Below are positions 1 through 59,648 of a DNA stretch of 64,000 nucleotides, piece by piece. The stretch's first letter is position 1. Each line of letters starts with the position of its first letter. Location of the stretch: NCBI RefSeq assembly GCF_006345805.1, contig NC_043021.1:16182001-16246000 (forward strand), given 5' to 3'. Below the pieces are notes generated by a model, which ran no database searches, was not told the DNA's origin, and worked only from the letters and a program-made list of their open reading frames with translations. A program made the translations under genes and the position numbers. The DNA is from Octopus sinensis (Eukaryota).

Positions 1-340
1 TGAGTGGTGTGTGTATGGCAGTTGTGGTGGCAATGGTGGTGGTACTGGTGATGGTGATAGTTGAAAACAATCAACAGAAAGAGAGAGAGAGAAAGAAAGA
101 AAGAGGTTAGACAAGAAAAAAATCGTGCTGTCCCCCGAATGGGAAGACAAAATATGTTGTTTATCATGCAGCTTTGCAACAAGTTCCAAGTCGACGAATT
201 ATATCATTGTTTTGATGAAGATTGTTCATAGCTTGAAAAACATTGGTCAAGTTTAATAAAATTTGATATGTGCTTAATGCATGAAGTGTCATTGTTGGGC
301 CCAAAGCCCAATGAAGAGCCCTCCACACGAGCTAGATTAA

Positions 341-561
341 CCCTTTAGCATTTAAACCGGCCATATCTGGCCAAAAGTATTCTGCCTGTTTTATGGTCAA
401 ACTGGCCAGATCTGGTCTCTCACACCAACCCTACAATATCGTTTTAAAAATTAACAGCTACCTCATCAAAATCTCATAGCTACAAGATGATGCAAGATTA
501 GTTCAAAACAATGTGGATAAAAAAGCATTAATTTTGGCAGAATAATGCGAACACTAAAGGA
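341..561. mobile_element. piggyBac-like MITE (about 220 bp)
   Basis: TTAA on both sides (337-340, 562-565); begins CCCTTTAGCATT and ends with an imperfect inverted copy; related copies at about 28300-28640 and 47838-48815. Confidence 0.6.
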
Positions 562-1013
562 TTAAAAGCCACCCTATCAGGCGGCTTTTAAGCTAGTGTT
601 GAATATATGGTGGTTTCACTTGTGCTGGTTCTACATTAAAAGTACACCCAATACGCACAGTAAACTGGTTGGTGTGAGGAAGGGCATCCAATCTTAGATG
701 GGAGCAATGCCAAAGATGGAAACATAAGATAAGGCTGTACTGACTAAAATGACATCATAAAGAAGAACCGATTCTTCTCAGGCCATGATGATGAGATGCA
801 TTTGGTATCAGCATGCATCTGCACACATGCACATGCACTCCCATTTCTGTTGTTCAGGCAAAGTTAACCCAGTTTTAGCCTCCTATCATCTCCAATGCTG
901 CTTATCTCTCTCTTTCTCTCTCTCTCTTCCTTCCTCTCTCTTCGCTACCCACTTTCCTTTACATACTCCAACTTCACACCCTATAATTTATTCTTCTTCC
1001 CTTTCTATTTCAG

Positions 1014-1131
1014 TTACTGTCAGTCACAGCTACCAGCTACTGGGGCTCCAGTAACGAGGGCTGACCAGATCAATGAAATGTATGATGAATATGTCCGATT
1101 ACGAACCAATCAGAATTGGAAGTTTTGGATT
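1014..1131 (+). CDS. MLXIP: Mondo (MLX-interacting protein family) coding exon, end of leucine zipper and start of the C-terminal DCD region
   Basis: Translates YCQSQLPATGAPVTRADQINEMYDEYVRLRTNQNWKFWI, matching the MondoA/ChREBP C-terminus (CQxxLPATG...NWKFW) as recalled; acceptor tttcag at 1008-1013, donor GT at 1132. Confidence 0.93.
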
Positions 1132-1522
1132 GTATCCTTTTCGTCTCGGTTAACTTTCTTTATATTTAAAATTTCTTTCTCTGCTCTCCTTCCTTTGTAC
1201 TCCTTCCTTTGTACTCCTTTCCTTTGTACTCCTTTTCTTTGTATGTTAAATTTATTTGAATATATATTTTTTCTTAAGAAGAAATTTGGTCCATGTTGTG
1301 TGTGATGAGTGAATTTCATCACACACAACATGGACCAAATTTCTTCTTAAGAAAAAATATATATTCAAATAAATTAAACATAATATCATGAATAGTGATA
1401 GCGAAACCGGTCGATATATTAAAAATTATATTAAAACCATGTAAGTGTGCATATTTTCCTTTTTTAATTTCGTATATACATTTACAACCCACCACGTGGG
1501 GACAATCAAAATTCCTCTTTTC

Positions 1523-1573
<51 letters not shown>

Positions 1574-1610
1574 GCTCTACCATCCAAGTTCCTTAACTCC
1601 CTCTAAACAG
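1132..1610 (+). other. MLXIP: U12-type (minor spliceosome) GT-AG intron, 479 nt, phase 0
   Basis: 5' splice site GTATCCTTTT; branch point TTCCTTAAC at 1589-1597, 13 nt before the 3' end; no real polypyrimidine tract; flanking exons join in frame (FWI|FSI). Confidence 0.9.
1242..1382. repeat. Near-perfect palindrome inside the U12 intron
   Basis: 67-bp arms (1242-1308, 1316-1382), 7-nt loop, one mismatch; preceded by three 15-bp tandem units at about 1190-1243. Confidence 0.95.
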
Positions 1611-1740
1611 TTCAGTATCATCACTCGGCCTCTGTTCAACACATACAACAACATTGTATCGACAGCCAGTATGGACGAGATGTGTCGTACAGTAATGAGC
1701 TGGTTTGACCAATACTGTTCCCTTGCTGCTCTCAGACCAA
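1611..1740 (+). CDS. MLXIP: Mondo coding exon (DCD/WMC region)
   Basis: FSIITRPLFNTYNNIVSTASMDEMCRTVMSWFDQYCSLAALRP; donor gtgagt at 1741, phase 1. Confidence 0.95.
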
Positions 1741-1889
1741 GTGAGTACTTACTTACATTCCTTATATTATTCTTATCCACTTGCAGGACCATTTCACCAT
1801 CTTTTTCTTGTCTTTACAATATCTTTGACATTACCTTTTCAACATTTTTTATATATGTACGAGTGTGTATTTATGTATATATATATATA

Positions 1890-2183
1890 CTAGCAGTATT
1901 GCCCGGCGTTGCTCGGGTTTGTAAGGGAAATAACTATATAAGCATTTTTAGAGAGTTACTTCCCTTATATAAACCGAGCGAAAAATGTGGAAAAATGATG
2001 GCAAATTTTTTTTTAAATCGTAGACTCATCGTAGACGCGCGCTAATACCCAGAAGGGCTCGATATGAATCACGACTATAAGATACCCGCTTTTGGTTAAA
2101 CTGCACCGCAAAATGTGGGAGTAGTTAGGAATCTAAATCGGAGTAGACAGACACACACACAACTTCAGTTTTATATATGAAGA
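1890..2183 (-). mobile_element. Non-autonomous Helitron
   Basis: On the minus strand: 5' TC, 3' CTAG, subterminal hairpin CCCGAGCAACGCCGGG, inserted between A and T; near-identical family at 15859-16262. Confidence 0.8.
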
Positions 2184-2467
2184 TTTACGTGTTTCAGTTA
2201 TGAGACTGGCCATGCTGGGGCACCACCTTGAGAAATTTTAGTCAAACTGTACAGACACACACACACATTATTCTTTAACAAGAATGATATTGACAGCGAC
2301 TCCAAAGTATCAATTTGTTAAGCCGTCCATCAATCAATGATGACTTAACGGGCTGACAATCCAGAGTCACTGAAAATACTATTCTTGTTTAAGAATAATA
2401 AATTTGTACTTTACTGAATGTACTGACTAATCCTTCAAGTTAAAGTGAAATTATTTTTATCATAGTA

Positions 2468-2922
2468 CTAGCACTATAGCCCAGCGTTGCTCGGGTTTGT
2501 TTTTTAGTTGCACTTAAAACAGCAGACTTTGATGTTGCGTTTACAAAGTTTTGACATAGTTTCAATCTCTTTTTGAAAAGTAAAAATTTTGGAGTATGTA
2601 GCTTGTTATTCCCTTTGAGTGAACATTTTTCTGATTGAAATACACCAAAAAATGGCAACACAGCAGTCAAAAAACCGAAAAAAAAAATAGGGATTTTCAT
2701 AGAAAAAAATCACCTTTTTGATGTAAATAATTTTTGGCCTTAAGGTGTTAACATGGTCCGATTTGAATTTTTTCTTCTACGGAAGGAAGAGCAAGCCTTC
2801 TTCTATCATACTCTCAATTTTGGTCAACTTGCACTGCAGGGTGTCGGAGGAGATAGTGTTAGTTGAAGGCTACCAAACCTGCCACACACAGACACAGACA
2901 ACTTCAGCTTTATATGTATAGA
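2468..2922 (-). mobile_element. Non-autonomous Helitron (second subfamily)
   Basis: Same TC...CTAG termini and subterminal hairpin with a different interior. Confidence 0.7.
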
Positions 2923-2934
2923 TAAGAACAAACA

Positions 2935-3185
2935 TTAATGTGTGTGTATGGAACAAACTGCCGGCATCAGTTGTTAGTTGTCAGAGCACTGCATCCTTCA
3001 AAACTTCCATGCTTTCTGACATTCGTCAACACTACACCTGATTTTCTCCCCTCCATACACACACAAGCATGTATCTGACTCATACATTGTTCGCTTTCCA
3101 GACTTTATATGCACTTTCTGACAAGTTGTGGTGCACCTGAGCACTGTATACAATAATTTCATTATTATTATTATTATTATTTAAT
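2935..3185 (+). mobile_element. CR1-type LINE 3' fragment with (ATT)n tail
   Basis: Ends gtgcacctgagcactgtatacaata plus (ATT)n, the same 3' end as the CR1 copy at 36570-37320. Confidence 0.7.
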
Positions 3186-3264
3186 GTGTTTTCTGGTGCT
3201 TATTCTATAAGGTCTTGTTTGATTGTTTGTTCCTCTTTCTTTCTCTCTCTCTCTCTTTCTGCAG

Positions 3265-3386
3265 TGGTCTCAAATGCGTTACGTCAAGTGAGCACATCCA
3301 CAAGTATTCTCAGCGAACCGGAGCGATTGCCGGAACAAGCGGCTGCGGCAGTTGGTCTGCAGTCCTCAGCGTCTCACGGGCGATGA
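3265..3386 (+). CDS. MLXIP: Mondo final coding exon
   Basis: (M)VSNALRQVSTSTSILSEPERLPEQAAAAVGLQSSASHGR*; matches the Mondo LRQxSTSTSIL.P..LPEQA motif; pyrimidine tract and gcag acceptor at 3261-3264. Confidence 0.95.
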
Positions 3387-3469
3387 GGGAGCCAGGTGAA
3401 CCCGACCTTTGTTATAATAAAGGAACAACGCCACAGTAAAACTCAGAGTACTCGACGACATAACGACCA

Positions 3470-3800
3470 CTGCAGCAGCAACAACAACAACGAGTACAGC
3501 CACCATCATCACTACTATCATTTGTTACTACTACCACCACCACCACAACCACTACTACTACTACTACTACATTCATTCACTACAGATACATGCGATATGT
3601 GCTGTTGCACCACTGTTGTTGCAGCTGCATTTGTGGGGGAGTCTCCCTTGTCACCGCCACCACCACCACCACCAACATTGCCATCACTACTACTGCTGCT
3701 GCTGCTACGACTACAAAAAAAAATAATAATAATAAACCCTACTAATACTACTACTACAACTGCAATAATTACTACTAAACTGCTGCTGCTGCTGCTGTTT
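3470..3800 (+). repeat. Compound trinucleotide microsatellites (CAA/CAG/CTA/CCA) in the presumptive Mondo 3' UTR
   Basis: Seen directly; the UTR assignment is inferred from position after the stop codon. Confidence 0.7.
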
Positions 3801-4832
3801 TTCCATGCTGCTGTTCTGAGGATGAACCAAAATGATGAGGAGGGGGGGGGAGAACTTTTTTTTTAATTGTTTTTTGTTGCTTTTTTTTTTTTTTTTCTCT
3901 TTTCCACTTTGTGTTGAAGATTGGTCAGGTAAGTGGACAGTGGAGAAATGGACTGGAAGAGACCCACCAGGTCTGCATTCTTTGTTGTCTTCGTCATAAA
4001 TATTTGTGGATATTAATTAATTACCCATTTTTTGTCCATTTTTTTTGTTTTGCTTTTTTTTTTTTTTGTTTCCCAAACGAAAATTTTTAATTATCAATTA
4101 ACTCTGTGTGTGACTTTGTATAGGGCTGTCTCGAGTGTGGATCTAATGCGAACTGAAGTGAAAATGAAACCTTAAGTGTGACACTGTTGTTGACAAAGCC
4201 AGTCCTTCACGGGTGCCACCTAAATATAACTGATCGTCTCCCTCCTTGCCCTCCACTCCTCCTCCTCGCGCCACCCTGCTCCCCACTCACTCCAAGCCTG
4301 GCAAGCAAACATGCGTCCTCCATCACATCACATTGTATCACATTGCGATCTCGTGTCGCATTGCATCGCATTGCATCGCAGCACAACGTATCAGACCAGA
4401 CTGCATCGCAAGAGACGCAAAGCGTCTCTTGCTCGACCCTGTTAGAAATAGCAGCCAAGTCTCCTTCAAATCACTCCCTGTTGTCTTGTAATGTTTAGGT
4501 AAACGCGTTCCTGCGTGCAGAGTTGTTACAGCGGGGAACGTCTTTGATCACGTAGGCCTGCCAGGTCAAGGTTGACCTAGGGTTCAATAACAACAACAGC
4601 AACAACAACAACAATAATCGCACACATCATTACGAAAACTGTACCTCAGAGAATGATTTAATCCCAAACAATTTTTCTTACTCCTGCCCCACACCTGCCT
4701 ACATCCATCCCTACTGTCTCTCACCCATTCATACCCTATTTTTCAAAACAATAAATTCTTCATTTTATGAGATATATATGCATGCACACACATACACATT
4801 ATATATTCATACATATACATGCATATATATAC

Positions 4833-4883
<51 letters not shown>

Positions 4884-4931
4884 ATATATATATACACACA
4901 CACATATATATATATATATACACACATATAC

Positions 4932-5319
4932 AATTTACAAGATAAGGGCAGAAGAAAAATTCTAATGCCAAATATGCCGAATTTTCGCTTACCATTCCCT
5001 GCGCGTCATGCTCCATAGCCTGTCCGCCAAGTCCTCTGCGCTTCTCCTCTCCCCATAGTTGGGGGGGAGCACTTAGTCTGTAGACATGGCATTGAGCCTG
5101 TATACAGTTGCAGTAAATGTGATAGGGAAAGCGGGCACCTCCATTCAATGAGGTGTCACGCGGGTCGGTGTGATGGTGGTGCATTTAGAGCGCCTGCCCC
5201 TAGTCCGGCTCTAGTCTCCTTCGATTGTGACCACTGCGAAAATTTTAATGGTTATCGACAATTTTTTGTTTCGGCATATTTAGCATTAGAATTTTTCTTC
5301 TGCCCTTATCTTGTAAATT
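4932..5319. repeat. About 50-bp inverted repeats bracketing a GC-richer 290-bp spacer (unclassified element)
   Basis: aatttacaagataagggcagaagaaaaattctaatgccaaatatgccgaa at about 4932-4981; reverse complement with one mismatch at about 5271-5319. Confidence 0.75.
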
Positions 5320-5824
5320 ATTTATAAATCTAACCTTTAAAGGTATTTTTGATATGCTGGCCATTGATAAAATTTTTTTTTCCCGAAAAAAGTTTTATCC
5401 TACATTAATTATATATATATATATATATATATATTCACAAACCTATTGAAGTAATACGCGTCCTGGTCCGTTTGCAATTTTTTTTGAGAGAATGTAGGAA
5501 TTTAATAGAGGTGAGTAGGGGACAATAATGAAATATTTCTTTACTTTTGCCCCTGTCCCACTGTTTTGTCAAGTTCTGTCAGGTGGGGGGAGAAGCAAGT
5601 TTGGCCATATTTTTTTATAGAATGTTGTTGTTCCTGCTGCATACTACTAACAGGCATATATATATATATGTGTGTGTGTGTATATATATATAGCAAATAA
5701 GCTTAAGAAAACCTCTATTAGAGATGAAAGCAGTATTTATACTAAGAAGTATTATTTATTGCCATCTAAACATGGATGTTCTATAAGAACAGATGATACT
5801 GCTATTTTAATTCCGGGAGGATAC

Positions 5825-5893
<69 letters not shown>

Positions 5894-6451
5894 TGAAAAA
5901 AAACCTCCTTTTATCAATTCATCATCACCATCATCGTTTAGCGATGATGATGATGAAATAATGAATTTTCATTATTGAATTGATAAAAGGTGGGGTTTTT
6001 TTCTAATTTATATTTATATATAATATATATATATATATATAATACACACACACATCAAATGAAATCAAAACAGAGCACAAAGGATGTCGCGGTAATATAT
6101 ATATATATTATATTTTGTGAAATTTGATTTAGTATTTATAAATTGAATTTTTCCCTGTAAGTTTGGAATAATATTCCCTCATATTATTATTATTATACAT
6201 ATATATATATACTATATATATATATATATATATTAAGTAGTTGAATGAATTATCTTAGTATGGATAATTCGGTTAACCGATACCTGGGTAGGTTTTGTTC
6301 ATCTTGATGCTGACATAAGTTCCTTGTTTTTCCTGATGAGAGCGCCATAATGCACCCCTTATTCCTTCGAAATTAGGAATATGCAGCCTTCGAACATATG
6401 TCGAGAATAAAGGAATTTGTTTAAATCGTCGTTCAACTCCATTCTTTCATT

Positions 6452-6489
<38 letters not shown>

Positions 6490-6496
6490 TATATAT

Positions 6497-6838
6497 CGTG
6501 GCCGTTCGCCAGCCTCATCTGGCACCTGTGTCGGTGGCACATAAAAACACCATCCGAGTGTGGCCGTCTGCCAGCCTCGTCTGGCACCTGTGTCGGTGGC
6601 ACATAAAAACACCATCCGAGCGTGGCCGTTCGCCAGCCTCGTCTGGCACCTGTGTCGGTGGCACATAAAATCACCCACTACACTCTCGGAGTGGTTGGCG
6701 TTAGGAAGGGCATCCAGCCGTAGAAACACTGCCAGATCTGACTGGCCTGGTGCAGCCTTCGGGCTCCCCAGACCCCAGTTGAACCGTCCAACCCATGCTA
6801 GCATGGAAAACGGACGCTAAATGAATGATGATGATGAT
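6497..6838 (+). mobile_element. RTE LINE 3'-end copy with tandem units of about 60 bp and (GAT)n tail
   Basis: Matches the 3' end of the RTE at 18850-20945; further copies at about 16410-16650, 22200-22480, 23840-24090, 24350-24880, 25390-25710, 27185-27790, 30030-30300, 33310-33475, 41882-42690, 44650-44850, 51630-51775, 54060-54225. Confidence 0.8.
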
Positions 6839-7369
6839 CTTGTGTGTCCAGTTGGTTGCATGACTGCTACTGATAGAGTTTAGATAGAGCTCTACATCGA
6901 CTATCTTCAGCCAGTTTGTTCCCAATACAGTGGAAAAATTAAGGCAAGATCTTGCTGAACACAAGTTCATATTATTTGTTCCCTACTCAACAGCGGGATG
7001 CATGGATGATAGACACGTGTTCTGTGGTATCTCGGGAAAGTCGTCATACCAATAAAATTAACACACATACACACCGGTTCAATTCTACTCATCAACTATC
7101 TGCTTTTTTTTTTTTTTGGTAGCGGGGCCGAAGGACCTTCTCAGTGTCTATGGAATAAATGAGTTAAATTGGACTAATGTGTGTGTGTGTGTGTTGACTC
7201 TCTCCAGACACAATAAAATTTGTTTCAATATGTGAATCCACATAAAGAATCTTGTAAACCAGATATGAAAGCAAAATAAACACTTGTGTTTATCATGATT
7301 TCTCATGTGTCTATACATGTATGAATGTATGTATGCATGAATATATATATATAGGTAGGTATGGGGGTG

Positions 7370-7400
<31 letters not shown>

Positions 7401-7403
7401 ATG

Positions 7404-7448
<45 letters not shown>

Positions 7449-9530
7449 TCATCATCATCGTTTAATATATATATATATATATGTATGTATATATAGAGAG
7501 AGAGAGAGCAAAGAATATGTAGTAGCCTTTGCTGGATTGAGGTGTTGGCTATCGAAGCAGCTGTAGGCCAGGGCTCTCTGTGATAGCTTGGTGCAGGGGT
7601 GGGGGTGGGGGGCTTCCACAGATTGAGTGCAAAGTTATTAGAAATAATAATAGAGCCCTCACAGGACTTGTAGCTGATAGAGCCCTGCAAAATCTTAATC
7701 TGGCTCAGATTGTTTCACACACACATTGCACAAAAAAAATTATATGACAGACCCCCCCCCCAAAATGCGCATATATATATATATATATATATTATATAGA
7801 AATGTCCCTTTCTTCCTCTCCATCTGTAAACTATACCAACCTCAACCATTTTTTCTCTGCCCTCCCCTCAACCATTTTCTCCCCCGTCTTGTGTGATCTG
7901 AATATTTTTTTGTTGTAATTGTTTTTTCTTTCTTTTTTGTTTGTTTGCCACCACCCCCTTTTTCTTTCTTCCTAAACAGCACTTCTCTCTTTCTATCTCT
8001 CCCCCTCTCTCTATCTCCCTCCGTCTCTCTCTCTTATTTTTTTTCTTTCCTTTTTGCGATGCACTTGTAAATTAACACGGACTTACAAAAAAAAAAAACA
8101 AAAAAGACACTCACACAACAAAGCAAAATATTAATTATTATTATTAATTACAATTCAAAAATTAAATATATAAAAATAACAAAATTACAAATAAGAAACG
8201 GGGAAAAAAAAAATACAAAGACTAATTTTAAAAAATTAATGATTAAAAAAAACACAAACAATTTGAAGATTTTTTTTTTTTTAATTTACTATCCCCTCCC
8301 CTGAAAGAACATTTATGATTATTATTATTATTGTTTTTCTCTGACTTGACTCTATAATTCTGTTCATTGTGCGGCTCATTGTAGAAGTCTGGCGAAAGTT
8401 AGTAAACATTGATGTGATAAATTATGTGGAAAGAATTTCAGTAAATAATTTCACAACAAAACCTCTTTTGGAGAATGTTCTTGTTTTTCTTTTTTAACTT
8501 TTTTTTTTGTGTTTTTGATTTATTTATTTATGCATTATTTGTTTAGTGTTTTTGTTTAAAGTTCACCTCCCCCCTATATTTGTTTGTCTTTTGGGTTTCC
8601 ACTTCTCTGTGTTTCTATGTATCTTTCTTTGTCTATCTCTCTTTATCTGTCTAATGACCTGTCTGTTTCTGTCTATGGTTGTCTATCAATATCTCTGTCT
8701 ACCTATCTTTCACTCTGTCTCTCTATTTCTTTGTCTGTCTGTCTGTCTCCTTTTCTAATAGAATACAAAGGTTGCCTTTATACTCAGCAGAACATGCATG
8801 CTCTGCACTGCATAAAAGCATTAATACATATATATATATATATATACTCTTGTTTCAGTTATTTGACTGTGGCCATGCTGGAGCACCACCTTTAGTCGAG
8901 CAAATTGACCCCAGGACTCATTCTTTGTAAGCCTAGTACTTATTGTATTGATCTCAAACACACCAGCATCGGTTGTCAAGTGATGTTGGGGGACAGACAC
9001 ACACACATACATATATACGACGGGCTTCTTTCAGTTTCCGTCTACCAAATCCACTCACAAGGCTTTGGTTGGCCTGAGGCTATAGTAGAAGACACTTGCC
9101 CAAGGTGCCATGCAGTGTGACTGAACCCAGAACCATGTGGTTGGTAAGCAAGCTACTTACCACACAGCCACTCCTGCACCATGTATGTGCACATATATAT
9201 ATATATATTAGTAGCTTGATACAAGACCAGAAATTTGGGATGAAAGAAGCTGTTAAATGTCTCAATATGTATCAACCTCAGTACTTGAGTGGTACTTTAG
9301 TACTTTATTAAAATAAATTACTGATCCCAGAAGGATGAAATGTGAAGGTGTTCACAGCTGGATTCAAACTCTTTTAAACCAAATTAATGATAATAATGCT
9401 TCTATTGTCTGTTCTATCCTTTGCACAGGTATGCCAGTTCTGCTGGACATAACGATGCGGGGTGTGAGGTACGCTGACGCTATTAGATAAGAGAAAGGAA
9501 GTACGAAGCATGATGAAGGAAGTACAGAGA

Positions 9531-9876
9531 CTGCTGGACCGTGACAAAGGGTATGTGATCTACACTAACACTGTTGGACCATGACAAGGGGTATGTGATC
9601 TACACTAACACTGTTGGACCGTGACAAAGGGTATGTGATCTATACTAACACTGTTGGACCGTGACAAAGGGTATGTGATCTACACTAACACTGTTGGACC
9701 GTGACAAAGAGTATGTGATCTACACTAACACTGTTGGACCGTGACAAAGGGTATGTAATATACACTAACACTATTGGACCGTGACAAAGGGTATGTGATC
9801 TACACTAACACTGTTGGACCGTGACAAAGGGTATGTGATATACACTAACACTGTTGGACTGTGACTAACGGGTATA
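9531..9876. repeat. 40-bp minisatellite, 8 full units plus a partial
   Basis: Unit ctgttggaccgtgacaaagggtatgtgatctacactaaca at 9531, 9571 ... 9811, partial at 9851. Confidence 0.95.
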
Positions 9877-10380
9877 CTACTGCTTCCAGGAGTATGGGGT
9901 GTGCCAATGCTGCTGGGCATGAATTGGGTACACCAACACTGCTCTGTGGAGGAAAGGGTACAAGATATGCCAATGCTTCTGGGCATGGTAAAAGCTGCTG
10001 GACTTGATGAAGTGTATGCAATGTGCCAAACTTCTGAACCATGAAAAAGGGAGTGTGGGGTATGCCAGCCCTAGTGGAAATGAAGGAGTACCCCAGGAAG
10101 AAAAAGTCTGAGGATTCCTAATTTAGGATTTTGTTATTGTATTGTCATTGCTTTGTTTTGTTTTGTTTATTGTTATATTTCAGGCTGGGTGTGTGTCCCC
10201 CCGCCCCCAAATACATGCACTGTATATTTGTTCTTCACTTCAGCTTTATTATTCTTACACTCTCGGAGTGGTTGGCATTAGGAAGGGCATCCAGCTGTAG
10301 AAACTCTGCCAGATCAAGATTGGAGCCTGGTGCAGCCATCTGGTTCGCCAGACCTCAGTCAAATCGTCCAACCCATGCTA

Positions 10381-10576
10381 CTTGTTTCAGTCATTTGACT
10401 GCCGCCATGCTGGAGCACCGCCTTTAGTCGAGCAACTCGACCCCGGGACTTATTCTTTTTGTAAGCCCAGTACTTATTCTATCGGTCTCTTTTTGCCGAA
10501 CCGCTAAGTGACGGGGACGTAAACACACCAGCATCGGTTGTCAAGCAATGCTAGGGGAACAAACACAGACACACAA

Positions 10577-10609
<33 letters not shown>

Positions 10610-11013
10610 CATACACATTAGGGGGGGCGAGCTGGCAGAAATGTTAGCACACCGGGCGAAATGCGTAGCCGTATTTCGTCTGCCGTTACGTTCTGAGTTC
10701 TAATTCCGCCGAGGTCGACTTTGCTTTCATCCTTTCGGGGTCGATAAATTAAGTACCAGTTACGCACTGGGGTCGATGTAATCAACTTAATCCGTTTGTC
10801 TGTCCTTGTTTAGCCCCTTGTGGGTAGGAAAGAAATATATATACATATATATACGACAGGCTTCTTTCAGTTTCCGTCTACCAAATCCACTCACAAGGCA
10901 TTGGTCGGCCTGGGGCTATAGCAGAAGACATTTGCCTAAGATGCCACGCAGTGGGACTGAACCCGGAACCATGCGGTTGGTTAGCAAGCTACTTACCACA
11001 CAGCCACTCCTGC
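10381..11013 (-). mobile_element. tRNA-derived SINE family A (about 400 bp, internal (TA)n) with a family B SINE nested at about 10622-10835 (+)
   Basis: Head with A box gtggctgtgtggt and B box gggttcagtccc, tail (gagtaaa)n; other family A copies at about 8852-9180, 17488-18090, 22999-23362, 30694-31093, 35830-36210, 38380-38750, 44060-44345. Confidence 0.8.
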
Positions 11014-12221
11014 TAAAAATAAGTTACGAATCCCACCTCACTCATGCTCCATCAGCTGAAAATAATAAAAATAAAAGAAAAGGAATTATTTTATCCTTGT
11101 GAATCATTAAGCTATGAAAATGATGATGATGGTTATAGCTTCTGTCTGGGTTCGAGTCACTCCTAAAAAAAAATATAAGTGAATAAATAAAATAAGAAGC
11201 CAAAAAACAAATTGTTCTGCTAGCAAATTTTGCATGGTTTAATTTGGCATATTTTTTTTTTTTGCTCTTTTTTGAATTTTGATTTGGAAAAAAAAAAAAA
11301 AATGCTTTTGATATCTTCTTTTCTCCATTTATCTGAAGTGAGAACCCACCCTCTCTCCCTCCCTCCCAAGATGTATGGATGGACAGAAGTACAGCAAAAA
11401 TATTTTTAAAAATTCTTTATCAATTGAAAAAATATATGGTAAGATCTACAGAATCCATTTTTTTCTAGTTCTTTGGGTTACTTTTTTTTTTTCTTCGTTT
11501 ACAGTATTTTGATAATTTCTTGGTTGTTGTGTGTGTGTGTGTATGTATATATATATATTAGCACTTTGGTTAATCCGTATCTCGTATTCCAGAAACTTCC
11601 ATTATTATACAAGTCAAATACTTGTCCCAGCTATTTTGATATAAATAAATCGAGATACATTTTTTTTGTTTTCTTTGACATTTTTCCAGGGATATTTGTG
11701 GAATCATAAAGGATTTGCTTTATGACAAAACTCTGTACATGTAATGCGAATTGGAGTTTGTATTTTTAATATTTTCACTCTCCAAAATGATATGGGGCTT
11801 TGGGTGTGTGTGGGGGGGTGCAAAATGAGGAATTAGAAGAAAATCTATTATGAAAAATGTTTAGAAAAAATTTTTTGCCCAATATCTAAAGGCAAAATGG
11901 CACCGGCAAATCATGTGTCCATAATGGCAACGTCTGGTTTTTTTGTTTTTTAAGTGTCAAAATGAAGGAATGTTTAAATTGCGTTCTTGGTTTGAGAACA
12001 AAGAACACTTGCTCAGACTTGTATGTAATATATCTTTTATTTTCTTCCCTGAAGGACTCTTTCACTGTCTCTCTTTTTTTTTTTATTTTCCTCCCTCCGT
12101 CCCATCTATCTTCCTCCTTCCCTCTCTCTTTCCATCTATACCATCTCTTTGCCCCCTCTCTTCATCTTTCTCCTTCCTTTGCTTACGTTTTTTTTTTTTT
12201 TCCCTCTTTGTCCAGCTCTCT

Positions 12222-59648
<47,427 letters not shown>

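Noticed and set aside
1014-3386. Calling the + strand gene Mlx itself
   Set aside because: The CQxxLPATG and STSTSIL.P..LPEQA motifs fit Mondo (MLXIP/MLXIPL) rather than Mlx; it is probably a single invertebrate co-ortholog.
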